Source: Octopus vulgaris
Taxonomy: Eukaryota
Direction of reading: 5' to 3'
Assembly (NCBI GenBank): GCA_951406725.2
Contig: OX597830.1
Span: 56,420,001-56,484,000, forward strand
Length of the DNA: 64,000 nt
In this document: positions 1 through 12,229 of the stretch, in pieces
How positions within the stretch are numbered: the stretch's first letter is position 1
How the letters are laid out: every line of letters starts with the position of its first letter
Made by a program: the position numbers and the translations under genes
The notes under the pieces: generated by a model
What the model was told of the DNA's origin: nothing
The model's database searches: none
Seen by the model: the letters and a program-made list of their open reading frames with translations, nothing else

Positions 1-1479
1 ACATGCATGTATGTTCTTATTCACTCAATTACATATTTATATAGACACACACAAATTATATATATATATATATATATTGGTAAAACGGTAAGATAAGAGA
101 TGGCCAGATAACCGAAGAGATGGTGGTGTGGATTTCCACCTCGGCATCCGAAACTCAGAGTTTTATCTTGGCTACCGAATAATTGTCACATATTAATTTA
201 CAGATATATATATATATATATATATGTATATAAAGGTGTACATTTATGAACACCATGTATATTTGTGTAGTTTAGTCATCATAGATAGTCATGAAATTAA
301 CAACCAGAGTTCTCAGAAAACGGCAGGGCAGTTAAAGCATCACTGAAAGAATTCAAAGACTGGGTTCTTTTGTTTTTTAATAGAAACACTTTAATGGAAA
401 TACAAAAGCTAAGTATGGATCCAGAATGGAATGCTAAGGGGAGAGAGAGAAAGAGAGAGAGAGAGAGAGATGGAAGGGGAGCAGGAAAGAGTGAGAGAAT
501 AAGGGGAGTTAAAACTATAGCCATAACAAGAACAACAATAATAATTGTTTCTAATTCGGGCAGAAGGTCGGAAACTTGGGGAAAGTGTTTACTTGATTAA
601 ATTGACTCCAGTATGTGACTGGTACTTTATTTTATCAGCCCAGTACTCAAGTATTTTACTGATCCTGGAAGAATGAAGGGTAATGACAACCCTAGTAGGA
701 TTAAACTCGAGTCAGAAAAAATACCAGAAGGTATTTTTTTTTCAAAGCTTTAGCTATCCAGCCAAATTACCACCCTAATAACGATCCTGTCCACTACAGG
801 CACAAGGCCTAAATTTCAGGGGAGGAGCTAGTTGATTACATCGACCCCAGTGTTCTACTGGTACTTATTTTATTGACCCGAAAAAGATGAACGGCAAAGC
901 TGACCTCAGCAGAAATTGAACTCAGAATGTAAAGACATGAAATGCTGCAAAGCATTTTGTCCATCATGCTAACAATTCAGCCAGATCGTTGCCTGATGAT
1001 GATAATAATAATAATAATAATAACAATAATAATTATAGCAGTAACCATTTCCAAAAGGCTCCAGAACTGATCCTAAAACATTACTGGTACACAAGTACAA
1101 GGCCTCTCATTTAAGAAAGTCATACAAATTCTATAAATTGTTTTCTTTCTAGAATATTGTAGTAAATATCTTCCAAGGATTATGGAATCATATAATCAGA
1201 CACATTACAACCCTTTCACTCAAAAGACTAATATTTGAAGAAAAAAAATTTTTTATCTATAAAGAAGAATATGAGAAAGAGAAAGAAAGAATGTTGTTAT
1301 TGTCAACTATACCAAACAAAGATTCAATAGGGAATTTTGAAAACATCAAGAAAGTTAAACCCACATATATATATATATATATATATACATATACACAAAT
1401 ATATACATAATATATATATATACATATATATATATATGCATATATATATATATGCATATATAAAAATATGTATATGTAA

Positions 1480-1512
<33 letters not shown>

Positions 1513-1567
1513 AAAGTATATATATATATATATATATATATTATTATATATATGTATGTATGTGTGT

Positions 1568-1824
1568 GTGGAAGGTGTTTATAAGCCAGTTAAAAACACA
1601 AAAACTGTTACATTCACTTCAACATTTAAATTTAAGTTGCCAAAATATTTTCTTCGCTTTGAGATTACAACCTATTCACTAATAAAATTCCGTGTAGCAT
1701 GGAATTTTGTCAGTGAACAGGTCGCAATCTCAAAGCGACGAAAATACTTTGGCAAATTAAATTTAAATGTTGAAGTGAATCTAATGGTTTTTGTGTTTTT
1801 AAATGGCTTATAAACACCTTCCAC
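1568..1824. repeat. ~257-bp palindromic (fold-back) element; core shared with 20686-20791
   Basis: gtggaaggtgtttataagcca...tggcttataaacaccttccac; arms pair along the whole length. Confidence 0.88.
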
Positions 1825-1947
1825 GCTGCAATTGTTTTTATTCCAGCACACAATATCAGATCAAGTCATTTGCTATGCAAGTACATCTCCATAATATACA
1901 TATATAAATATATATATACATATATGTTTTTATACATATATATATTG

Positions 1948-2015
<68 letters not shown>

Positions 2016-3169
2016 CATCATCATCAATATTATATATTCATATACATATATATATATATATTTATATACATATACACAAACAAATATACATATATATACA
2101 CACATCTATAACTATATACATATGTTTAATATAATATACATGTATACACATGCACACACAAATATATAATATACATATATACATACTATAACTTCTAAAT
2201 ATACATACATATGTACACACACAATATAAACACACACACATACATACATTTATATATATACATGCATATATAAGTTACAACCTCAGTGTATAATATCTGG
2301 TCTTTTTAAAATAGTTGTGTAAACTACAAAAGAATATCTTTTTTTAAATTATAAATATTTCATTGAAAACAAAAAATGAAATAAAATAAAAAATAAAATT
2401 AAGAAAAAAAAATGGAGGTACAAATATTTTCTAAATTGTTTTAATTGAATCTTAATTAAATTCTTTTTATTTTTTTTCATTTTTGTACTTCAGTTTTGCT
2501 TGTCCAATTAAAGGATTTAACACAGCTCCTCTGGAGAGCTTTTTTTTTTTTTTTAGAGAGAGAAATAGAGAGAGAGGGGTATGACGAAACGAGAGAAAAT
2601 AGGGACAAGAAAGAGAGAAAAAGAGAAAGAAGGAAGGAAGGAAAAATATTTTCGCTTTTTTTTTTTTTTTTTTTAATTCTTTTACACAGATGAAAATTTT
2701 GGTGAAGCTGCAAGTTTTAGATTTGGCTCCAAATACAGTGGAGGCTGACATGCAGCTCCAATTTTCAGGAAGTTGCATGGCATTATTGTATATTTTCTTT
2801 GTTTTGTTTTTTTTTTTCAAGTTTTTTTTTTATATAATTTTTAAACTGACATCCAAGAACCATGTTTGGGTAGAATCATTCTGGTTTTTATTATTACTTT
2901 TGGGGGGAAGGGAGGGGAGGGTGAAGTTATTTGTTTATGGTGTATATTTGTTTTTAGATATATATTTTTGGGTGTTTTTGTGAGTTTTTGTTTTTATAGA
3001 ATCATTCCTGCTCCCCCACAACCACCATAACTTGCCCTACCCCCTGCTCATACCCCCCTCTTCTCAGTCCTCCTCCTCCTCCTCCTTCAAGATTTTGTTT
3101 TCCATTTAAACTTTTAATTTAAACTTTCAATTATGCATAACAATACTAAAATATTAATAATAATAATAA

Positions 3170-3377
3170 TATCCTTTCTACTTTAGACACAAGGCCTGAT
3201 GAGGCTAGTTGATAACATCGCCCACAGTGTATAACTGGTACTTATCAACCCCGAAAGGATGAAAGGCAAAGTTGACCTTGGTGGAATTTGAACTCATAAT
3301 GTAAAGCTCCACAAGAAATTTTGCTAGGTATTTTGTCCAGCACGGTAACAATTCTTCTAGCTCAACATCTTGATGAA

Positions 3378-3416
<39 letters not shown>

Positions 3417-4010
3417 TTTGGCACGAGGCCAGCTATTTTGTTGGGTGGGGACAAGTTGATTACACCAACCCCAGTGCTTGACTAGTATTTTATTTTATCC
3501 ACCCCAAAAAGATAAAAGGCAAAGTGAGCCTCAGCAGAATTTGAACTCAGAATGTAATAAGTTGAAGAAACACCACAAAGTATTTTTCCTGATGCTCTAA
3601 CGATTCTGCCAGCTTGCTGCTTTAATAATACTAATAACATTATTAACAACAACAACAACAGTTTCTCACTTAGGCCAGCAATTTTGTGAGGAGAGGGATA
3701 ATCAATACCATCAACCCCAGAAGGATGAAAGACAAAGTTAACCTCAGTGGGACTTGAACTCAGAACCTAAGCAGTCAGAAAAATATTACAAAGTACTGTT
3801 TCTTCAATGCTCTGGATATTCTGCTAGCTCACCATTTTAATAATAATAATAATAATAATAATAACAACAATAGTAATCCTTTCTACTAAAGGTACAAGGC
3901 CTGAAGTTTTGGGAGAAGGGACCAGTCAATTACATTGATCCCAGTGCCCAACTGGTATTTAATTCACTGACCCTTAAAAGGTAAAAGGCAAAGTTTTCAA
4001 TAGTAATAAT
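3170..4010 (-). repeat. Tandem run of older family-A-related SINEs separated by (AAT)n (similar runs at about 545-1030, 10140-10840, 13730-14200, 39735-40470)
   Basis: Repeated ggcacaaggcc...actggtactt...aaaggatgaaaggcaaag...gaatttgaactcagaa units, head-to-tail. Confidence 0.8.
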
Positions 4011-4472
4011 AACAATAATTTCTTTAAGAATCTGGGAATCATTTCCCACTCTGCAAATAACAGAAGACAACCGGTGTAAATAAATGTTTTTTTTTTGTTA
4101 TTGTTGTTCAGTGTTTGTTTTCTTGGAGGGGGAAAATGAGTGGTGGTGTTGGTGGAAGGATTGTTGTTTTTTTGTTTTTATTTTGTTTATGTTCAAGTTT
4201 ACATCTAAGTGGTCTGTTGTTCCTTTTGGGTAGAAAACTGAGCGAGAAGAGAAGAGATGGTGGTGGTGGTGGGGCAATGGGACATAGTGGCATTGTGGCT
4301 TTGCCTAGTTTACAAGAATTAAAAACCAAATTGCATCTCTGCAAGTTGTTCAAATTTCAACCCCTTTCCTTCTTCCCCAACATTGTTTTATTTTATATAT
4401 ATGTATATATATACACACACACATATATATATATGTTCTGTTAGTTGACTTTGGAACGAGTCGAGTGATAAA

Positions 4473-4682
4473 TCAGCCAGACCAATTGTGAACGATATCG
4501 TCTTTGTCTGGAAGTTTCCGGATTTTCATAGAGCCGTCCACACCGCAGGATAGAAGATGGTTCTGTGGTATGACTGTCACTTGCGTGACCCCAGACGTTG
4601 AACCGACATTACGGAAAAACGTTGTCTTGCTGTGTTCACCAACGAATGAACACACCAGTTGGTGAACGTCCAGACTCCAGAT
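4473..4682 (-). CDS. DMXL2: DMXL last coding exon (IWSLDVHQLVCSFVGEHSK...SCGVDGSMKIRKLPDKDDIVHNWSG*)
   Basis: attcag acceptor; 210 nt ending in TGA at 4475-4473. Confidence 0.95.
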   Translation of the reverse strand: MWSLDVHQLVCSFVGEHSKTTFFRNVGSTSGVTQVTVIPQNHLLSCGVDGSMKIRKLPDKDDIVHNWSG

Positions 4683-4987
4683 CTGAATTAAACAAAAAAA
4701 AAAAAAAATAATAATAATAATAACAACAATAATAATCATCCTTTCTATTAAAGGCACAAGGCCTGAAATTCTGGGGGAGGGGGATAGTCAGTTACATCAA
4801 CTCCAGTGCATAACTGGTACTTATTTGATTGACCTCAAAAGGATGAAAGGCAAAATTGACCTTAGTGGAATTTGAACTCAGAATGCAGAAGGATGAAATG
4901 CTGCTAAGCATTTTGTCCAGTGTGCTACTGATTCTGCCAGCTCATCACCTTGATAATAATAATAATAATAATAGTATAATAATAATG

Positions 4988-5475
4988 CTTTCTTTATTAG
5001 CCACAAAGGCTGCAAAAATCATTTAGGACAATATAAAGATAAAGGATAGTAAGGATTTACAGAAATGTGTAAACAATAAAAAAAATAATAACAATTAACA
5101 ACAAAATTCCTGAATAGAGGGGAATCACCACCCAAAGGCAACTCAAAGAACCTCTCAGATCCTGAGCCATCCTATTTACCAGGAGACCCGTGGAAAGTGT
5201 CCTTCTCAGCCTACAGGCACCAGCTTTAGTGTAGGTCAGCTCACATAAGCCATCCTTGTCCCATTCGCCTGTCTTTCAACAAATTTTCTGGATGACAGCA
5301 CCTCCCTTTTAATCCTCACCTTCATTTTCAAACGGAATTCTTAAAAAGTCTCAGCCGAAGAGGAAGTGTTTGGCATCAGTCCTTTCAGTTTTGCCCTCCA
5401 CACAACCTCTTTTGCCATGACCCCCACAGAGAGAGGAAAAGTGCTTGTCGTTCTTGCCCAAAAGAAGGCATGTGG
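4988..5475 (-). mobile_element. 3' fragment of a Tx1/L1-clade LINE
   Basis: Minus-strand remnant LCVVAMAKEVVWRAKLKGL...FRLKMKVRIKRE followed by 3' UTR with AATAAA. Confidence 0.55.
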
Positions 5476-5611
5476 AGTGATCTTCACAATAAAACAACGG
5501 TTTCAAATTTTGGAATAAACCAATGATTTTCATGGAGGGCTAAGTCGATTACATCAACTCCAGTGCTCAACTGGTATTTATTTTGATTTTCAAGAAAAAA
5601 ATATGTCATAC

Positions 5612-5739
5612 CTTGATGTCTCCTTCAGCAGAACCTGTCACAAAGAACCTTTCTTCTGGATCCAGGGCCAGACTTTTGATTGGGGATTCATGGGCTTGGA
5701 AGGTGTGTCGCATTAATCTCTGTCTCATATCGAATAAAC
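5612..5739 (-). CDS. DMXL2: DMXL exon (LFDMRQRLMRHTFQAHESPIK...VTGSAEGDIK)
   Basis: tcccag / gtatga; 128 nt; WD40. Confidence 0.95.
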
Positions 5740-5870
5740 CTGGGAGCGGTTAAGGAAAATCAACACAAAAAGCAAGAAAGAAACATACAGATACACATCC
5801 ATCATCATCATCATTTAATGTCAGTGTTCCATGATAGCATGGATTATATGGTTTTGACAGGATCCAATTA

Positions 5871-6105
5871 CCTATTTCTTTACTACCCACAAGGGGCTAA
5901 ACACAGAGGGGACAAACAAGGACAGACGAATGGATTAAGTCAATTACATCGACCCCAGTGTGTAACTGGTACTTAATTTATCGACTCCGAAAGGATGAAA
6001 GGCAAAGTTGGCCTCGGCGGAATTTGAACTCAGAACGTAACGGCAGATGAAATACGGCTACGCATTTCGCCAGGCGTGCTAATGTTTCTGCCAGCTCGCC
6101 GCCTT
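5871..6105 (-). mobile_element. tRNA-derived SINE family A, young copy with TSD
   Basis: B-box GAGTTCAAATTCC on minus strand; TSD ggatccaattacct; near-identical copies listed separately. Confidence 0.88.
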
Positions 6106-7275
6106 CGGATCCAATTACCTTAATTGGACAAGATCCAATTACCTTAATTGGACAGGATCCAATTACCTTAAGGGTTATGTTGATCTCCTGTGTGCACATT
6201 GGGGAGGTTTCTATGGCAGGATACCCTCCCTAATGCCAATGAATGTACTGGGTGCATTTTTCATTGCGCTAACACTAAAGGGGTCACAAAATAACATGCA
6301 AGACAAGACTCCTTCACAGAATGGTGATGCAGTATTGAGGAAGGTGGTTTTGTACCAGGGGTAGAGAGGCTAAAGTAGGAGAGAGGGATGGGATCAGGTG
6401 TCTTGCTGTAGGCTGTAGAGGAGATACAGGGGTACCTCAACTGAAAAGGAAGAAAGGATGGTATGACTGCTGACTTTCAAATTTCACCATTAAAACTGGC
6501 TTTTAAAAACAATTCTGAGAAGCCAATATTAACAGCAAAATTTCCAATTAAACAGTCACTGTTAATCACTATGTTCACTTTTCTTTTTGCATAGGTTAGA
6601 CAAAATTTGTTGAGGCAGATTTTTTTTGGTCAGATGCCCTTCCTGTGGCCAACCCCCACCTATCTCCAAGCAAGGTAATGTTTTCCCATAGTCTGATAGA
6701 TTTTTCTGTTTTTTTTTTTACAGAAAAAACAACCTCATGTATATGATGGTGACGCTCATACACAACTATCACATGACGTCGGGTTAACAGTACTATGATG
6801 AGCTTGTTTCAGTTTCTGTCAACCAAATCCACATACAAGGTTTTGTTTGGTCTGTGCCTAGAGTAGAAGACATTTGCCCAAGATGCCACATGGTTTGGAA
6901 GCAAACTTCTTGCCACGCATCCAAGAGAAAAACTGGGTATATGTAGCCTCAGATGTAGTGTACAAGAGAGAAGACAGTGCTGGTATGGCCATGTAATGTG
7001 TATGAATGAAGACAATTGCATCAAGAGGTGCTGATCTCTAATTGTAGAGGGAACATGTGGAAGGGGTAGACTCAGGAAGATGGACAAAGTGGTGAGAAAG
7101 GATCTATCAGGAACAGTCAGTTTGAATAGCAGAATATCTCTGATAAACAGTCATTGAAGAAATGGTCTTATATGGGAAACATATACACAACAGCATCAAC
7201 AATACCCTCTCAAAAGATGTAAGATGTGATGAGGTAAAATTTCAGGATGGAATTTACAAAAACCAAAAAGGATAC

Positions 7276-7365
7276 AAATTTCTCCCTTTCTGCCGCCACT
7301 GATAATGAGTTGATGCTGTGGAGCATAGACAATTGCTGGGCTTCCGTGTTCATGACAGGTAAATG
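7276..7365 (-). CDS. DMXL2: DMXL exon (FTCHEHGSPAIVYAPQHQLIISGGRKGEI)
   Basis: ttccag / gtatcc; 90 nt; WD40. Confidence 0.94.
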
Positions 7366-7407
7366 CTGGAAAATAGTAAATAATTCTGATAATTAGATAG
7401 AGGCATT

Positions 7408-8058
7408 CCTTCAGTCAACAGTGTCAACAGTTGTGGGGAGGGAGGTCCTTCAGTCAATGCTGTCAATAGTTAGAGGAGACTGCTTCAGTCAATGCCGTCA
7501 ACAGTTAGAGGAGACTGCTTCAGTCAATGCCGTCAACAGTTAGAGGAGACTGCTTCAGTCAATGCCGTCAACAGTTAGAGGAGACTGCTTCAGTCAATGC
7601 CGTCAACAGTTAGAGGAGACTGCTTCAGTCAATGCCGTCAACAGTTAGGAGACTGCTTCAGTCAATGCCGTCAACAGTTAGAGGAGAATGCTTCAGTCAA
7701 TGCCGTCAACAGTTAGAGGAGACTGCTTCAGTCAATGCCGTCAATAGTTAGAAGAGACTGCTTCAGTCAATGCCCTCAACAGTTAGGAGACTGCTTCAGT
7801 CAATGCCGTCAACAGTTAGAGGAGACTGCTTCAGTCAATGCCGTCAACAGTTAGAGGAGAATGCTTCAGTCAATGCCGTCAACAGTTAGAGGAGACTGCT
7901 TCAGTCAATGCCGTCAACAATTAAAGGAGACTGCTTCAGTCAATGCCGTCAACAGTTAGAGGAGACTGCTTCAGTCAATGCCGTCAACAGTTAGAGAGAT
8001 TTCCTCAGTCAATAGTGTCAACAATAACTTGGGGGATTCTTTCAGTCAATAGTATTAA
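7408..8058. repeat. 35-bp minisatellite, about 18 copies
   Basis: Unit cttcagtcaatgccgtcaacagttagaggagactg. Confidence 0.95.
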
Positions 8059-9570
8059 CAAGGATTCCACCAAGCAATATAAGAAACACAAGAATATATT
8101 TAAAATACATGAGTCTCAATGTGGTAGTTTGAGCTGATAGTCTCGTTTTGGAAGAAAGCTATTTTTAGATAATTCAAAACCATGATGTCTGAAATAAAAT
8201 ACTAAGATGGTATAGTCATAGCTGAAATCCTTTAACACATATCAGTAGGTCTGAAAAAAGGCTGAGTTGAGTGGATAGACTACAACAACAGGAAGGACAT
8301 ATTGGATAAGGTTACCTCAGAGTATGCCTGTTACATGTATTATGAGCATGACAAATATACATGTTCCAGTTGCTACAATATAACATACAAAACATACATA
8401 TTCATTTCAACTGTTGTGTAACACACACACATACACATTCCAGTTGTAGTATAACACACACACGCGCGCGCGTATATTTTAACGGTTGTGTAACACATAT
8501 TGCAGCTGTTGTGTATTGAACATACACATTCCAGTTGCAATGTAACACAAATACATATTCCCATTAGAGTTAACAAACACACACATATGCATTCAAATGT
8601 GTCCTACATACACACACACACATACACACAGAGTGCAAAGGAGTTACACAGCTGTAACTCCAGTGCAAAGATGTCCAACTTTGTTAGACTTCCAAAAAAC
8701 TTCTCATTCTCTAATACCATTAACCCTGCTCCTCGCCACCCAACGACTGGCTGGTATTGATGATGGAAGTAAGTAGCCGGGTGTAGGACAATACAACAGA
8801 GAGACCTCAGAGGTTAGAATCCCGCAAAAGAAGGAAGCGGGTGTGACTGGGAAGCGAGTCGGTCCCACTCCCACACTTTGTTCTAATAAAACTTAATGTA
8901 GAAATACAAATATATCGTTTTTAAGTGGCTACAACTAGGCTGCATGCCACTACACCACACCAGGAATGTTTGTTCCCCATCAGTCTTGGCAGGCCCTCAA
9001 TTTTATGAATGGGTTTCTGCCAATAACATCAATGTAGTTGAATGGTCTTTGTCGTCTGTTAGGATGCAGAAGTTCCCACGAGGTATAACTTGTAGTTCAG
9101 CACAATAGCAGTGGTTGGCAGCCAGTGCAAGTACAATATACATGTAGCTTCATTTATCACTGATTGAATTATCACTGATCAAGAATAGCAGTACACTCAA
9201 TTGTGAAGCATGTTGTGCTTGTCATGGATTGATCTGTGCCAACAAAGGTCAGGATACAGTTAAAGAATTCTGCTTGTACTCCAAAAATGTACTCTAGCAA
9301 CCAGCCACAATCCTCAATCACCCAGAATATACAGTCTATTGCTTGCGTTTACGTGACTGAGCTGCAAGGCAGTGCATATAATTTATATGGATTTATGTAC
9401 TCGCACCCATCAACATGGAACCAGCGAACAGAAAAAAGTACAAAGGCTCCTGATCTTGACAAACAACAGAAGAATGCATTTAAAAAAAAAATGAAAAACG
9501 GTAGAAATAGTCATGAAAATACATGGTGCTAATGAATCAGCTATTCATTCTATTTACAAAGTGTGTGGAG

Positions 9571-9735
9571 AGGATTTATTTATCACTGTCTTTTTGGAAT
9601 CAAAGGATTTATTTATCACTGTCTTTTTGGAACCAAAGGATTTATTTATCACTGTCTTTTTGGAACCAAAGGATTTATTTATCACTGTCTTTTTGGAACC
9701 AAAGGATTTATTTATCACTGTCTTTTTGGAACCAA
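9571..9735. repeat. 33-bp minisatellite, 5 copies
   Basis: Unit aggatttatttatcactgtctttttggaaccaa. Confidence 0.95.
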
Positions 9736-9955
9736 AACAAGGATCCATATATACCTTTACCAATACCAGTAATTTCAGAGGGTAACGATAACAATGAAAA
9801 AAAAAAAGGTAAGAAATAAGACAAAATGAAAAAGAAAAAAATTAAAGAATAACAACAGAGAGGAGGAGGTGATAAAGAAAGTAAAACTGATGAATCTTAG
9901 TGATACAAAGAAGGAGGAAGAGGAGGAGATGATTGATAAAGCAGGTGGTACTGAC

Positions 9956-10100
9956 GATGGACAAGGGCACTTCGTGTTGGTAGCAAGGTGTCCCAAAGAC
10001 AAACATTTTTACTCTCTGAAGAATGGCCAGCTGTTGCAATAAGACTGCATGAACCAACAAAGGTAAAATCACTGGTTGTTTTGTTATGACATTGTAAACT
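9956..10100 (-). CDS. DMXL2: DMXL exon (SLQCHNKTTSDFTFVGS...VCLWDTLLPTRSALVH)
   Basis: ttccag / gtcagt; 145 nt; WD40. Confidence 0.95.
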
Positions 10101-10454
10101 CTGGAAATGAAAAAGAAAAAAAAGAGACACATAATAACAATAATGATGGTTTCAAATTTTGGTATAGGGTCAGCAGTTTTTGAGGGGAGGAGCTAAGTCA
10201 ATTACATCGACCTCCGGTACTTGACTGGTACATATTTTATTGACCCTGGAAGGATGAAATGCAGAGTCGACCCCAGTAGAATAATAATGATAATTTCAAA
10301 TTTTGGCACAGGGCCAGTAATTTCGGGGGAGGGGGGGTCCAGTCAATTATATTAACCACATCATACAACTGGTACTTCTTTTATCGAACCTGAAAGGATG
10401 AAAGGCAAAGTCGACCTCAGCGGAATTTGAACACAGAATGTGAAGACAAATGAA

Positions 10455-10486
<32 letters not shown>

Positions 10487-10841
10487 TAATAATGGCTTCA
10501 AATTTTGGCACAAGGCCAGCAATTATGAGGGAGGAGCCAAATTGATGATATTGACCCCAGTACTCAACTGCTACGTATTCTATCGATCCTGAAAGGATGA
10601 AAGGTAAAGTTGACCGTAGCAGAATTCGAACCAAGACTGTAAAAGCAGATGAAATGCTGCCAAGCATGCTAATGATTCCGCTAGCTCACCACCTTACTAA
10701 TAACAGTAAAAATAATAATCCTTTCTACTATAGGTACATGGCCTGAAATATTGTGGGGAGGAGGGTTAGTCAATTACCCCCCACCCCTCAGTGCTCAACA
10801 GGTACTTACTTTATTAAGATCAGCAACATTTGAACTCTGTA

Positions 10842-11341
10842 CTGTAGATTCTCGAGTATAGTTCGCCATTGAGTATAATACGCAGGGGATTTTTAGGGGG
10901 CTGTACCTCTGAAAAACCTAAACCTTGTGTATAATACGCACCCCTTATCTAACTTGAGTCAAGGAGGTCTATATAACGTCCTTGGTTTGTAAAAATGTTT
11001 ACGGTAACATCCTTTATTATCATTGTATATATAACATAATGCAAACGTGTAGCTTTTTTGGGGGCATTTTGTTTGCAGAAAATAAAGAAATAACAGTAAT
11101 AACGTTTAATAAATGTTGCTTACAGCAAGTTATGGATGATTCTTTTATGACTTCATTGCTTTCAGGCTTAGCTTAAGGTATTTTCGCGCCCGACATCACA
11201 AAATGCATCTGAATAAACATTGCCGGACAGCAAATAGAGACTTGGACATTGCTTAGAAAATATTTTTCATTTTTAACCTCGTATATAGTACGCACTAGGG
11301 ATTTTGGGGAAAAAATGTGGATTATACTCGAGGATTTACAG
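10842..11341. mobile_element. pogo/Tigger-like MITE (500 bp) inserted into a SINE
   Basis: TA|CTGTAGATTCTCGAGTATA ... TATACTCGAGGATTTACAG|TA terminal inverted repeats; SINE sequence resumes on both sides. Confidence 0.8.
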
Positions 11342-11672
11342 TATATAAATACAGATTAACTACTGCTTAGCATTTTGTCCAGAAAGCTAACAATTTTGCC
11401 AGTTTGCTGTTTAGTTTCTAACTTTGGCACAAAAGAATAGGTTAGTTGACATCATTGACCCCTCCCCTACTTTATTCTATTGACCCTGGAGGGATGAAAG
11501 GCAAAGTTAACAATGGTAGCATTTGAACCCAGAACATAGAAAGTCAGATGAAATACCAAAAAACTTTTCCAATGGTTTTAGAAGCAGGAGTTAAAATGTG
11601 AAGTAATATAGGAAAGAAGATTGAGGTCAACATACTTTAGTTAATTAACTGATTAATTAATAAATATCATAC

Positions 11673-11750
11673 CATAATTGGTTTATTGAAATTGCTTCCA
11701 ATACCAACTTGCCAGAGGCACACTGATCCCTCAGCGTCGCTGACACAACA
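11673..11750 (-). CDS. DMXL2: DMXL exon (CCVSDAEGSVCLWQVGIGSNFNKPIM)
   Basis: tttcag / gtatga; 78 nt; WD40. Confidence 0.92.
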
Positions 11751-12185
11751 CTGAAAAGATAATAGAATAAAAGTAAATCCTTTGATGAAATACAACACAA
11801 TGTTTTTTTCTCTGGTGATAGATGAAGAAATATCTGGTCCATTTTGAACTCGTAACCTTTTCATCTGAAATACTTCTGGGGAAACTGAACAACAAAACAC
11901 AAAGAAACAATACCACAATGAGCAGAGAGGGAAAACAAACAAATTTGAAATCAATAACTGACACACACACACATATACAGATAGCATAGAGACATATACA
12001 CACGCACACAGATGAATGGAGACAGAGACATACAGATACATATAGAGAGGCATATACATACACACAGATGCATATATATATACACAAAGAATCATATACA
12101 AAGACACACACATACACATTCACATCGAAATACAAACAGCTACAAATACATATACATGCACACGCACACAAAGATATGTATATAC

Positions 12186-12229
<44 letters not shown>

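Noticed and set aside
1257-2169. Long YI/HT/CV-rich ORFs (also 11731-12874, 26227-28938, 39272-39709, 63371-63780)
   Set aside because: Translations of (TA)n/(CA)n microsatellites with no coding signal
5990-6105. tRNA genes suggested by A/B boxes
   Set aside because: Boxes belong to multi-copy SINE heads with TSDs; no cloverleaf could be folded
9240-9480. Faint integrase-like peptide (WFHVDG...) on the minus strand
   Set aside because: Too short and degenerate to support without a BLASTX search
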